A DNA stretch of 64,000 nucleotides from the NCBI RefSeq assembly GCF_003991155.1, contig NZ_CP031295.1. The stretch is one strand, 5' to 3'. Below the pieces are notes generated by a model. The model did not search any database. It was not told where the DNA came from and worked only from the letters and a program-made list of their open reading frames with translations. The first letter of the stretch is position 1; each line of letters begins with the position of its first letter. This document shows, in pieces, positions 21,097 through 30,861 of this stretch. The position numbers were made by a program, and so were the translations under genes. The DNA comes from Escherichia coli (GTDB lineage Bacteria; Pseudomonadota; Gammaproteobacteria; Enterobacterales; Enterobacteriaceae).

Positions 21097-21449
21097 CCTG
21101 CACGCTCCATCTGATAATGTACTGACAGGTAAAAATAATATCCTGCATGATTTGTGTGCTCATGATTTCTGATAATATCAGATATTGTTTTATCATCAAT
21201 GATGAAAACCATATCTGATATGATTTTATATATATTTCTTAATTATCATATCATTTGCGTCTTTTCTGCCGCGCAGATCCAGTTTCCGGCTAAGTCGGAT
21301 CGACCTAATCTTTGTTTCTGATATGAACACCTCGGAGAGGTGTAAGCAATGGTATAAACGAAATGTATTATGTATCTGCATCACAGCATGCGGGCACATT
21401 TTGCGGAAGGATATGAATCCCCCCGGAATAACTGGCAAAGGACAGATAA

Positions 21450-23588
21450 ATGGACATTGAAATACGCCACTGCAATAACATCGTACGAGCACATATCACC
21501 CTCACTGCCGATAAACTGAACATTAAGTTTGCGCCAAATGGTACTGGAAAAAGTACGCTGTCACGGGCCATAAGCTGTGCGGCGCGGGACGACATTCAGG
21601 GACTACAGGCACTGATGCCCTTCCGGCTGCGCGGAGAAAACCCCGATAGCACCGGGCCCATTGTCATCGGTGCTGACGGGATTGGGGACGTGATGTGCTT
21701 CAACGAGGAGTACGTCAGTCAGTTTACGTTCCAACCGGACGAGCTCATCAGTGATAGCTTTAATATTCTTATCCGCAATCAAGCCCATGCGGAAAGAGAG
21801 CGTGAAATAGAAGAAATGACGCAAAAGATCCGGGCTGTTTTCACGGATCACACTGAGCTGAACTCTCTGATAGACCATCTACAGGAACTCAGTAATGCTT
21901 TCAGATCAACCAGTTCCGGGATTTCACGTTCTTCAACCGGCATGAGAGGTCTGTCAGGCGGAAATAAAATACACCACATTCCGGCTGGTCTTGAGAACTA
22001 TCAACCCTACATCCGCAGTGAACGCCGCGTGGAATGGATTGACTGGCAGACAAAGGGACTCGAGTTTTCGCCCCTTTCGGATGGCTGCTGTCCGTTCTGT
22101 ACCGGTGATATCACGGGAAAGGAAGCACAAATTCGCCAAGTCAGAGAGGAATACGATAAATCCACCATTAAAAACCTGACCGCTATCATCAGACTGGTGG
22201 AAAACCTCGGTAATTACCTGACGGAGAGCGCCAGAGAACGCCTTCTGGCCATTACTATGCTTCAGAACGGTCCGGAAGCCGAACATATCGAGTACCTAGT
22301 GGCGTTGAAACGCCAGACCGATACGCTGACAGAGAAACTCACTGCGCTGAGAGGCCTGAATGTTTTCAGCCTGCAGGAACAGCAGAACGTTCGGGAGGTG
22401 CTCACTGCCAGGTTGATTGACCTGCAGTTCTTCCCTGATCTGCAATCCGAACTCATGCAGGGGATCACCGACAGACTGAACGCGGCCCTTATGGACCTGA
22501 TAAACCTTGCCGGACCGCTGCAGGGAAAAATTAACCGGCACCGGGACAGCATGATCCGGCTGATCGCACAGCACAAAACAAACATCAATAATTTCCTCAC
22601 TTATGCAGGCTATAAATACAGGGTGGATATAGCCGGCGAGGGAGAGCAGAGAAAACTCAGGCTACGACACATAGATTTTGACGGGTACGTCAGCGGCGGT
22701 AGCCAGCATCTCAGCTATGGAGAACGGAACGCCTTTGCGATTGTGTTATTCATGTATGAATGCCTGTCAAAAAACCCGGGACTGATTATCCTTGATGATC
22801 CCATATCTTCTTTTGATAAAAACAAGAAGTTTGCCATTCTTGAAATGCTGTTCAGACGTGCAAGTGGTGAATGCCTGAAGAACCGGACTGTACTTATGCT
22901 GACGCATGACGTGGAGCCTGTGATTGACACGCTGAAGTCAGTCAGAAGGTTGTTCAGTAATCAGGTGACCGCCTCCTGCCTGCGCCTGTCTGCTGGAGTC
23001 ATAGAAGAATTACCTGTTAACGACGGCGATATCATGACATTCATGCAGATCTGCAAATCCATCACCGCGTCAGCAGACTGTGAGGAGATCATTAAGCTCA
23101 TCTATCTTCGTCGCTACTTTGAAATCGTTGACGAACGTGGTGATGCTTATCAGCTTCTATCCAATCTATTCCATCGACGCGTCGTCCCGCTGGATTATCG
23201 CGAGCCTGCCGCTGCGGGCTCGGGCTATCCCAAAATGGCTCCTGAGAAAATTCAGCAGGCCTTGCGGGATATCCGGGAGTATGTGGACAGTTTTGATTAC
23301 CCGCGACTTCAGGCTCTCGTCAGCAGCCCAGATGAAATAAAAAACCTGTACCGTCGCTGTCGTAACGGCTATGAAAAACTGCAGGTATTCCGTTTACTGG
23401 AACTGGATCAGGACCATCCGGTAATACGAAAATTCGTTAACGAAACGTACCACATTGAAAATGAGTTCATCTGTCAACTAGATCCGTCCAGATTCGATCT
23501 CATCCCGGAGTACGTGATTATGGAATGTGACAAGCTCATCGCCCTGCCACCGGCAGCAAACCAGAGCTCGGTTGCCCGTATCGCTTGA
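21450..23588 (+). CDS. SMC/Rad50-like ABC ATPase with CxxC hook and C-terminal effector-like domain (RloC/PrrC-like candidate)
   Basis: Walker A APNGTGKST (aa~30); CCPFC (aa~223) in predicted coiled-coil insert; signature LSYGERNAF, Walker B LIILDDP, H-loop LMLTHD (aa~440-495); approx 210-aa C-terminal domain. Confidence 0.5.
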   Translation: MDIEIRHCNNIVRAHITLTADKLNIKFAPNGTGKSTLSRAISCAARDDIQGLQALMPFRLRGENPDSTGPIVIGADGIGDVMCFNEEYVSQFTFQPDELISDSFNILIRNQAHAEREREIEEMTQKIRAVFTDHTELNSLIDHLQELSNAFRSTSSGISRSSTGMRGLSGGNKIHHIPAGLENYQPYIRSERRVEWIDWQTKGLEFSPLSDGCCPFCTGDITGKEAQIRQVREEYDKSTIKNLTAIIRLVENLGNYLTESARERLLAITMLQNGPEAEHIEYLVALKRQTDTLTEKLTALRGLNVFSLQEQQNVREVLTARLIDLQFFPDLQSELMQGITDRLNAALMDLINLAGPLQGKINRHRDSMIRLIAQHKTNINNFLTYAGYKYRVDIAGEGEQRKLRLRHIDFDGYVSGGSQHLSYGERNAFAIVLFMYECLSKNPGLIILDDPISSFDKNKKFAILEMLFRRASGECLKNRTVLMLTHDVEPVIDTLKSVRRLFSNQVTASCLRLSAGVIEELPVNDGDIMTFMQICKSITASADCEEIIKLIYLRRYFEIVDERGDAYQLLSNLFHRRVVPLDYREPAAAGSGYPKMAPEKIQQALRDIREYVDSFDYPRLQALVSSPDEIKNLYRRCRNGYEKLQVFRLLELDQDHPVIRKFVNETYHIENEFICQLDPSRFDLIPEYVIMECDKLIALPPAANQSSVARIA

Positions 23589-23749
23589 GCCACTGTTTTT
23601 GCCGCCGGAAGATAGGCTTTAGCTCCCTGATAGTCTGATCTTCGAAGATACCCTACAGTTTAGGACCGCTTACTGTAGATATCTGTTAAAACAGCCCGTA
23701 TACGGGCTGTTTCTTGGTGCCCTTATCTCCTGACTTTGAAAAGAGTGTC

Positions 23750-24166
23750 TTACTTCACCCAGTCTTCCAGCACCAGGTCAGGCACTCGCTCAAATTCTCT
23801 TGTATTATTCGTTACCAGTATCGCCCCGGCGGCGATGGCGTGCCCGGCAATCGCCGTGTCGTTCGGGCCGATCGGCGTCCCGGCCAGCCGCAGTGCCACT
23901 TTAATCTTCGTGGTGGCGTCTACTGCGGCGCGATCCCAGGGCAGGATGGCATCGAGGCGGGCGCAGAATTCATCGACCAGTTGGACGTGACGTGGTGAGG
24001 CCTTTGGGCCGGTAGCCCCGAAGCGCATTTCAGAGTAGGTGATGGCCGAGACCACTATACGGTGGCCGCGTAGCACCGCCTGCTCCAGACGCTTCAGGAC
24101 GGCTTCTGGCTGTTCACGCATGATGAACGAGCAGATACAGGTATCAAGCATATAAGTCTTGTTCAC
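23750..24166 (-). CDS. vapC: VapC PIN-domain toxin
   Basis: 138 aa MLDTCICSFIMREQP...; PIN-domain acidic residues; overlaps vapB stop. Confidence 0.85.
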   Translation of the reverse strand: MNKTYMLDTCICSFIMREQPEAVLKRLEQAVLRGHRIVVSAITYSEMRFGATGPKASPRHVQLVDEFCARLDAILPWDRAAVDATTKIKVALRLAGTPIGPNDTAIAGHAIAAGAILVTNNTREFERVPDLVLEDWVK

Positions 24167-24393
24167 AGGTTAAATCGCCCTTCGTCGCTGACAACATCCT
24201 CGCGCTCCGCCATAAAATCTGGATCGGCTTTTTCGTACTCTAGGAATGATCCCCAGGTTGGCCGGACGGGGCGCAGGATGATGCTGTCCCCTTCCCGGAC
24301 GATCTCGAGCTCGCTCACCCCCTCAAAATCCAGATCACGAGGCAGACGGATGGCGCGGTTGTTGCCATTTTTGAATATCGATACGGTTCTCAT
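24163..24393 (-). CDS. vapB: VapB antitoxin (AbrB/SpoVT-type)
   Basis: 76 aa MRTVSIFKNGNNRAIRLPRDL...; 4-nt overlap with vapC. Confidence 0.85.
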   Translation of the reverse strand: MRTVSIFKNGNNRAIRLPRDLDFEGVSELEIVREGDSIILRPVRPTWGSFLEYEKADPDFMAEREDVVSDEGRFNL

Positions 24394-24407
24394 GTTTTTT
24401 CTCTCCC

Positions 24408-24540
24408 GAGCATATGGATATGTGAAACATATCCGGAATATTCAAAGCACCGGGTGTGTGCATATGTTTAGTATAGGCAGATGTGTGGCATATGTATAGC
24501 GGTAGCATATGTAGATGCCAGGCATATGTTTAGCATATCT
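24408..24540. promoter_or_regulatory. array of about six GCATATGT repeats upstream of vapB (putative vapBC operator)
   Basis: Repeated CATATG-core motifs spaced about 15-25 bp immediately upstream of vapB start. Confidence 0.4.
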
Positions 24541-24688
24541 CTATTTCTTTCTTTTTTATCGGAGATCCGAAAAAAGGTTAAGTCTGATCTTAATGAAATT
24601 ACATGGAATTTGAGTGATATCCCTTACCCCACATCTCCAACGTGCTATCTATAAAGGTTGATACATCTCACTTAGTCCGGAGGTTGTT

Positions 24689-24979
24689 ATGAGCGTCAAA
24701 ATCACAGGTTTAGACAAAATGCAGAAACAGCTAAAAGAGGTTGAGAGAGCAACAGAGGCATTAAACGGAAGTTATGATGTCCACTTCGATGCTAACGATC
24801 CTGTCAGCATTGAGAACGCGATTCAGGAAGCCTATTCCATGGTGTACGAACGCGCTTCTGGTTATGCCACTAATCCGATGGTCAGCCCATTAATCGAACA
24901 CATGAAAGAAAATCTGCGCCAACAGATTCTGGACAGAGCAGAACAACAAAGACAGGAGAGCGGGCAGGATGGCAATTGA
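24689..24979 (+). CDS. hypothetical small protein (96 aa), first gene of TIR-like cassette
   Basis: ORF with RBS-like GGAGG upstream; 11-nt overlap with next gene. Confidence 0.45.
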   Translation: MSVKITGLDKMQKQLKEVERATEALNGSYDVHFDANDPVSIENAIQEAYSMVYERASGYATNPMVSPLIEHMKENLRQQILDRAEQQRQESGQDGN

Positions 24980-25868
24980 TATCTTTCAGTCACTTAAAAA
25001 TTGCGTATTCGACCTTCAGCGCGCTGACGTTCAGAACTATCAGCAACCTCTTAAGCAATTGGCCCGGCTCTTGAACTCAGAGAATCTGCAGTCAGTTAAT
25101 GCACATCTGACCCGCAATGTTGAACTTGATACCTTTCTGGCCAGGAGTGAAGATACTGAATCCAGCATGGCTGGTTCCGCTGTTCTACAGTGGCCTGATG
25201 AGCCCGCTGATATTTTGGGCCTGAAGTTGCTGCTGATCGAGAAAATGGCAGACGATAACAATTTTTCCTTTAATTTCTGTCATACATTTTTCTATGATCG
25301 AAACATTATTGAATCCATTCGAAAATTCACGTCGTCATTAGTTGCCCCGTTCGTGCGCGATTACCAGTTGTATGTGGAAAACCAACACGATCCTGAGCCT
25401 GCAGTGTTTCGGCCGGTTTCCCGAAAAATTTTTATTGTTCATGGCCATGATAATGATGCCCTTCAGTCTGTTGCCCGTTTTATATCCCGGATAGGTCTTG
25501 AGGAAATCATTCTTTCAGAACGTCCTGACGGCTCCAGGACGATTATCGAGAAATTTGAAGCAGAGTCAGGGGATGTCAGTTTTGCCATCGTGCTGATGAC
25601 GCCCGACGATAGCGGCAGTGCTCTGGCATCTGAAAGCACACGTCTCCGCGCACGCCAGAATGTCCTGTATGAGCTCGGATATTTCGCCGGGAAGCTTGGA
25701 CGCGGGAAAGTACTTGTACTCAGGAAGGGAGATATCGAAATCCCTTCAGATCTTGCCGGGGTTCTCTATACCGAGCTTGATGAGCATGGTGGATGGAAAC
25801 GCAAACTGCTGAGTGAGCTTGCGTATGCCGGTGTTCCTTTTGACAAGGATAAAGCATTAAGCGCCTGA
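24969..25868 (+). CDS. TIR-like-domain protein (PF10137-type C-terminus) with unknown N-terminal domain
   Basis: C-terminal motifs KIFIVHGHD, AIVLMTPDD, RARQNVLYELGYFAGKLGRGKV, EIPSDLAGV typical of predicted nucleotide-binding TIR-like proteins. Confidence 0.55.
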   Translation: MAIDIFQSLKNCVFDLQRADVQNYQQPLKQLARLLNSENLQSVNAHLTRNVELDTFLARSEDTESSMAGSAVLQWPDEPADILGLKLLLIEKMADDNNFSFNFCHTFFYDRNIIESIRKFTSSLVAPFVRDYQLYVENQHDPEPAVFRPVSRKIFIVHGHDNDALQSVARFISRIGLEEIILSERPDGSRTIIEKFEAESGDVSFAIVLMTPDDSGSALASESTRLRARQNVLYELGYFAGKLGRGKVLVLRKGDIEIPSDLAGVLYTELDEHGGWKRKLLSELAYAGVPFDKDKALSA

Positions 25869-25917
25869 TCTCCTTCATTTAGTAAGAAAAAGGCCGCTAA
25901 GCGGCCTTAATTTTTGG

Positions 25918-28143
25918 TCAGTCGTCATTTTCCAGCGCTGTTTTGAGCGCTTCCTGCTCCGGAGTCAGCTCGTTGCCGGACAGCATAACCTTCAACTTCT
26001 CTTCGACTGCTGGCCAGTCATCAAAGAACGGACTGACCTGGTCACGCGCAATCCGGCGATATGCCCCTCGGTGGGAGCTGAAGACACTGGTCTGTAATCG
26101 TATCAACAGGTTAACAAGGCCTTCATCAGTGGTAGTAACTTCTCTGACCCATTGCTTCACGGTTTCACCTGAACTCATGTCTCTCCAGGCGTAGAGATAC
26201 CCGAGAAGAGACTTGCGCAGGAGAAGCTGTTGCTGAAGTTCTGGTTGATTCATACGTTCCGCAAACCTGTCACGCAACCGTTCCGTAATATCGCGACTGA
26301 AAAGAGCGTCTGAAGGCGAAGGTACTGCATTCTGAGCAAGTCCATGTTCCCAGATAAGATCCCGCATAAAATCGGCTATCCAGAACGGCGAAGCACCCGT
26401 AACGATCAGTTTTTCCATAAGCGTGATCGTTCTGGTCTCATCAATATCCTGCATATGCTTCAGCAGATGCCGTACAACCTCATTAATGGCCATTTCACGC
26501 AGGGAAAACCATGGGTTACGGATACTGAAGCGAGTGCTCACCTCATCGGTGTGATCGAAGAAAAAATGAACCAGTCCTGCGCACTCTTCGAAATTACGTT
26601 CTCTTATCAGGCCTGGAGTCAGTCTGCTCAGTATATGTTCAAACCAGGTTCCGGACAGACTGCCCACACTGTTGATTTTTGAGAGCAGCAATTCAGAAAG
26701 CTGCTGCTGTTTTTCCGATACGCCAGCCTGTTCAAAAAGCTGTCTGAAGAATTCAGGTGGCAGAACATTCTGTGGTGAGGAGAAGGCAAAATAATATCGC
26801 CAGTGCGTCAGGCTGCTGAGTCGTTTACCGGTCGTCTGGATATGACGAAAATCCTCACTGACGGGCTCAAAAAGATTCAGATATTCATCATTATGTCCAC
26901 TGATACCTGGGATCCAGTCTGCAAGTGTCAGAAACGAGTCTGCATTTGATGCCCTGAACGTCTTCATACATCTGATAAGCCCCTCCCGGAAGTCTGCTTT
27001 CTCTCCGTCAGAAAGCATACCCTGACCGGTTTCAATCACGGACCGTTCTGTCAGGTAATGCTCTGTCCAGTCATACAGAGCCGGGTTTGTCACCCGTATA
27101 AGCTGAAGCAGGCACAAATCAGGGAAATAAACAAAATCCCGCATCCCCGGATAAAGAAAAATCAGGGAATTAATGGCCTGATGGATTTCCCGTGGCGTCG
27201 AAAGTGCGGCACCATAGGTATCAGTCACCGCGATGAGATCCCTTACCATTCCAGAGTCTGGCGGTTGATTATTAATTTGCTGATATAGAGCCTCAGCCCG
27301 CTGGCGAAATTCATTACGTAAATCAAAGGCTTCAGGTCGGGGTAATTTAAAACTAAGCTGAATGATTTTCTGGAGATAACGGCTGCCATCTTCGATATTC
27401 AGCGCATGTTCAACGGCATGAGTGATAATCTGCCTGTCATAACAGAGAATATGGGTAAAGCGGGGCAGATCGGCTACTGCACGCACAAGCCTGAACACTT
27501 CCGCCACCTGGGATGGCTCCAGTCGGTCCAGATCATCCATGACAACAATGAACTTCAGATCCAGACTCACCAGTTGTCCTGCAATTTCAGCCCGAAGCTT
27601 TGTCGTGGTTTTCTGATCAACAGCCAGACGGCTGTCTGAAAATACCTTTATTCCGCCTGCTATCCAGTTAATAATGCTGGAAAACTGTCCGATATATTGA
27701 ACCAGTGGAAGGACGCGCGATGAAGTATCCTGAGCATACTCAATCACTTTTTGAGCTTCCGGTGACAACAGATATTTACGCCAGAGCTTTTTGAAGCCCT
27801 TCGGGGGATAGCGTATTTCCATTTCCTGCTGGATAACCGTGGCAACCGGAAGAAAGAGCGCTTCAACCGGACTGCCGCCACTCAGCCAGGGAGAAATATG
27901 CAGCACATGCGTGTGAGCATCTTTTTTCAGGGCAAGGTTTCTCAGGATCAGATTAAGGAGGCTTGTTTTACCCGATCCCCATGCACCTTCTATTCCGACA
28001 ACATTTGAAGCCTCCAGAGGAAGAGTAAGGATGGAACGGGATATATTTTCTGCGATATTACCGAAACCGTATCGATCCTCAGGTACATCTTCAACTGCCG
28101 CATCAAGCCCTTTCTGGTTCCACAGCTGCCTCAGTATCTTCAT
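25918..28143 (-). CDS. KAP family P-loop NTPase
   Basis: 741 aa; Walker A GAWGSGKTS, Walker B FIVVMDDLDRL; large size typical of KAP NTPases. Confidence 0.6.
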   Translation of the reverse strand: MKILRQLWNQKGLDAAVEDVPEDRYGFGNIAENISRSILTLPLEASNVVGIEGAWGSGKTSLLNLILRNLALKKDAHTHVLHISPWLSGGSPVEALFLPVATVIQQEMEIRYPPKGFKKLWRKYLLSPEAQKVIEYAQDTSSRVLPLVQYIGQFSSIINWIAGGIKVFSDSRLAVDQKTTTKLRAEIAGQLVSLDLKFIVVMDDLDRLEPSQVAEVFRLVRAVADLPRFTHILCYDRQIITHAVEHALNIEDGSRYLQKIIQLSFKLPRPEAFDLRNEFRQRAEALYQQINNQPPDSGMVRDLIAVTDTYGAALSTPREIHQAINSLIFLYPGMRDFVYFPDLCLLQLIRVTNPALYDWTEHYLTERSVIETGQGMLSDGEKADFREGLIRCMKTFRASNADSFLTLADWIPGISGHNDEYLNLFEPVSEDFRHIQTTGKRLSSLTHWRYYFAFSSPQNVLPPEFFRQLFEQAGVSEKQQQLSELLLSKINSVGSLSGTWFEHILSRLTPGLIRERNFEECAGLVHFFFDHTDEVSTRFSIRNPWFSLREMAINEVVRHLLKHMQDIDETRTITLMEKLIVTGASPFWIADFMRDLIWEHGLAQNAVPSPSDALFSRDITERLRDRFAERMNQPELQQQLLLRKSLLGYLYAWRDMSSGETVKQWVREVTTTDEGLVNLLIRLQTSVFSSHRGAYRRIARDQVSPFFDDWPAVEEKLKVMLSGNELTPEQEALKTALENDD

Positions 28144-28144
28144 A

Positions 28145-29236
28145 TTACAGATCTCCGTACAGGCAGCGCAGCCCGGTCAGGGCCTCCGCCAGCGGGCCTT
28201 CTTGACACCGCGTGGCGAGCTCCCGGACCAGCGTCTCAAAGGCCTCCGCCGGCATAAAAATCCGCAGGCCGTCTATCCCGAAGAAGCCCTCCGGCGTGAC
28301 GTTTCCGGGCGGGGAGAACATCACTCGCTCCCCCTGGTGACCGTGCGTCAGGGCTTCCGGATGCCGGGCATACAGCGTGAACAGGCCCAGCAGTTCGGAT
28401 AACGCTTCCCAGCCGTACGGCACCACGAAGTCCTGGCCGGTGATCAGCAGGTGCAGACGGGGTGTGGTGTACCAGGCCCCCGGGCGTTCTCCGGGGTGCT
28501 GGCCGTCAACGCGGATCTCCAGGCGCAGCGTGCCGGCCTCAATGGTTTCCGTGACGGCAGAAATAACCGGGCGCAGCTCCTGTGCCAGCGTTCTTGCCTG
28601 TTCTGTGTTCCAGTCCAGGCCGCGCAGCATCAACGGGAAAACAGCTTTCAGCCGCGGCAGGGTGAAGATTTCTGCCAGCACCGCGTCCGGCACCTCCGCC
28701 AGGCCAAAACAGTCGCTCTCGAGCGGACGCAGGAGGTGTTCGGCATACATCTGATCCACCACGGGGCGCAGCGCTGCCCGGAAGGCTTCAAACTCTTCCG
28801 TCCAGTTTTTCCCGGCCAGGCGGAAAATCCCCTTCAGGTAGTGACCGTCCACAGGGCGATCGTGCTCCACCTGCCAGGCCAGCAGGTTGCCAGTGATGTC
28901 CAGCAGCGTGTCCAGGGCCGGGAGTGTGGCCAGCCTATTATGCCCGCGCAGGAAGGCCTCCCTGACGTGAACCAGGACAAAGCGCAGTTCGTCGCGGGAG
29001 AGCGCTGACGTGCCGAAGGTCTGGCCCAGAATGATATGCCGGTACAGCTGCCGGACCGTGGCCTCCGGATCGGCAATGAGCTGAAAATACCCGTCACCGG
29101 GCGCGACCGTTTTCAGGCCGTCATCGAGGAAGCGTTCGGCTAGGGCGTTGACCGAAGTATTTTCCCGACCGGCACGCGTTTTCAGCGCCTCGATAAGTTT
29201 TTTGTGAAAACGCAGGTTAAGCTGGCTTAGCATCAT
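28145..29236 (-). CDS. ribbon-helix-helix (Arc/MetJ-like) domain protein with large uncharacterised C-terminal domain
   Basis: N-terminus MMLSQLNLRFHKKLIEALKTRAGRENTSVNALAERFL resembles Arc-type RHH; GC-rich; stop overlaps KAP start (ATGA). Confidence 0.45.
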   Translation of the reverse strand: MMLSQLNLRFHKKLIEALKTRAGRENTSVNALAERFLDDGLKTVAPGDGYFQLIADPEATVRQLYRHIILGQTFGTSALSRDELRFVLVHVREAFLRGHNRLATLPALDTLLDITGNLLAWQVEHDRPVDGHYLKGIFRLAGKNWTEEFEAFRAALRPVVDQMYAEHLLRPLESDCFGLAEVPDAVLAEIFTLPRLKAVFPLMLRGLDWNTEQARTLAQELRPVISAVTETIEAGTLRLEIRVDGQHPGERPGAWYTTPRLHLLITGQDFVVPYGWEALSELLGLFTLYARHPEALTHGHQGERVMFSPPGNVTPEGFFGIDGLRIFMPAEAFETLVRELATRCQEGPLAEALTGLRCLYGDL

Positions 29237-29777
29237 CGATCCTTTAATGTTTGTTTTGTTCTTAATGCTAACCTAGCATTTTATTATTAGCTATTAATCA
29301 GTTTTTTAGTTTTTGAAAATTGTGATGCTTCTAAAATTGAGGATTTTAATGCTACAACAATGCCTGCCTCTTCTTATTTCTCCGGAGATCCGAAAACCCC
29401 AGGTTACGGATCTTCCTCTCCCCCCACACAACGCCACCTCCTGTCAGCACAACATGTGGTATCTCATTCAGCTGCTCATGACACTATATGTTGTGTCATC
29501 TCCCTGACCTGTGATGCGCCGCGCAGGGGCGGAAAACAGCGATATGATTATTTTCTCAGCGTGGTACACTTCCGGAAAGTTGTGATATTCCGGAAAGTCG
29601 GATCTGACGGAAACGGCTCTCCGGTAATTTAACTGCGTTTCTATATGGCTACTTATTATTTCAGTATGTGAAATTCATTTTTTGTGAAAGTCACTGTTCT
29701 CAACAGAGTGGCACTCATCTGGCGATGATTGAGGTGTGGTAAAATTGCACGGCTAACTATTCAACTGAGGAAAGGAC

Positions 29778-30128
29778 ATGTTTACTGCATTCAATGAGAG
29801 AAATGATTTCAGTTATGCTTTTGAAAAAATCCGTAATGCGATTTCCGCGCCAGGAGAAAATAATCTTTATGCTGCAACAGAATTAGGTCTTGGCATTCTG
29901 CTCCGTAAATACGAGCAGTTTCGCCAGGAACTGGATGCGGCCGGTGAGCTGGGAAACTGGGAATATGATCTCGATACCTACAATCACTGTATTGCGGTGC
30001 TGCAACGTTACTTCACCGGCAATCCATCCGGGCTCACAGAACGTGATGCCCGGATTTACAGCCATTACCTGCAGACTGAGCACAAAGGCTTTGTGAAGCT
30101 GGCTGAAGAACTGGCTGCCGACCGCTGA
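29778..30128 (+). CDS. hypothetical protein (116 aa)
   Basis: ORF with GAGGAAAGG RBS-like sequence upstream. Confidence 0.4.
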   Translation: MFTAFNERNDFSYAFEKIRNAISAPGENNLYAATELGLGILLRKYEQFRQELDAAGELGNWEYDLDTYNHCIAVLQRYFTGNPSGLTERDARIYSHYLQTEHKGFVKLAEELAADR

Positions 30129-30171
30129 ATACATACAGAAGGCGGGATTTCTCAACAATAAAGGAATAAAC

Positions 30172-30861
30172 ATGGCTGACTGGTTTATTGCGACCGAAGG
30201 CGTGAAGGTGGTGAAGGACAGCGCCAGTCTGGGGCCGCAGATAATTACAGCTGTATCGACCATCGCATCTGCTGTCGGAGCGGTGTTCCTTACTCACCAC
30301 TTCACACTCAGACGTGAGGAGAGAACTGCAGCAGCGAAGCTGGCCAGCGAGCGTCTTTACATTAGTACAGAGCTGGTTTTTTTACTTGAGCGATTTGCGC
30401 AGCGTTGCGCTCCAGCAGCAACAGCAACTGTGGAGCACGATCAGGATGGCAGAGGAGAAGCTGAGTTCTTATTACCGGAAATCGATTATTCCCCGGTATC
30501 TGGTAACTGGCGCTCCCTTCCTTCTGGCCTGATGTATAGGCTCAGCGAACTCTCTGTTCTCAGCTACGAAGCTGTCGTGTGTGTAGATAATGTGTTTGTT
30601 GAAGATACTCCTTATGGTGGAGCGGGTGAATATAGTTTGCATAAAAACGCAGCTATGTTGGGAGTAAAAGCACTGCGGTTATCACGAGAACTGAGAATGT
30701 TATGTGGCCTCCCTCTGCACGGCCTTTCCGATACACTATCGCCAACGAGGTTGGTATTGTTGAAAGCCAGAGGTAAAACACTCCAAAAGGAGTACGAAAT
30801 GGTAAAGAAGTCTAAAAAGACCGAGCAAGAGATTGAGGATTTCATAAAGGGGACATCATGA
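30172..30861 (+). CDS. hypothetical protein with N-terminal hydrophobic segment (229 aa)
   Basis: Hydrophobic stretch IITAVSTIASAVGAVFL; 4-nt overlap with following recombinase gene. Confidence 0.4.
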   Translation: MADWFIATEGVKVVKDSASLGPQIITAVSTIASAVGAVFLTHHFTLRREERTAAAKLASERLYISTELVFLLERFAQRCAPAATATVEHDQDGRGEAEFLLPEIDYSPVSGNWRSLPSGLMYRLSELSVLSYEAVVCVDNVFVEDTPYGGAGEYSLHKNAAMLGVKALRLSRELRMLCGLPLHGLSDTLSPTRLVLLKARGKTLQKEYEMVKKSKKTEQEIEDFIKGTS

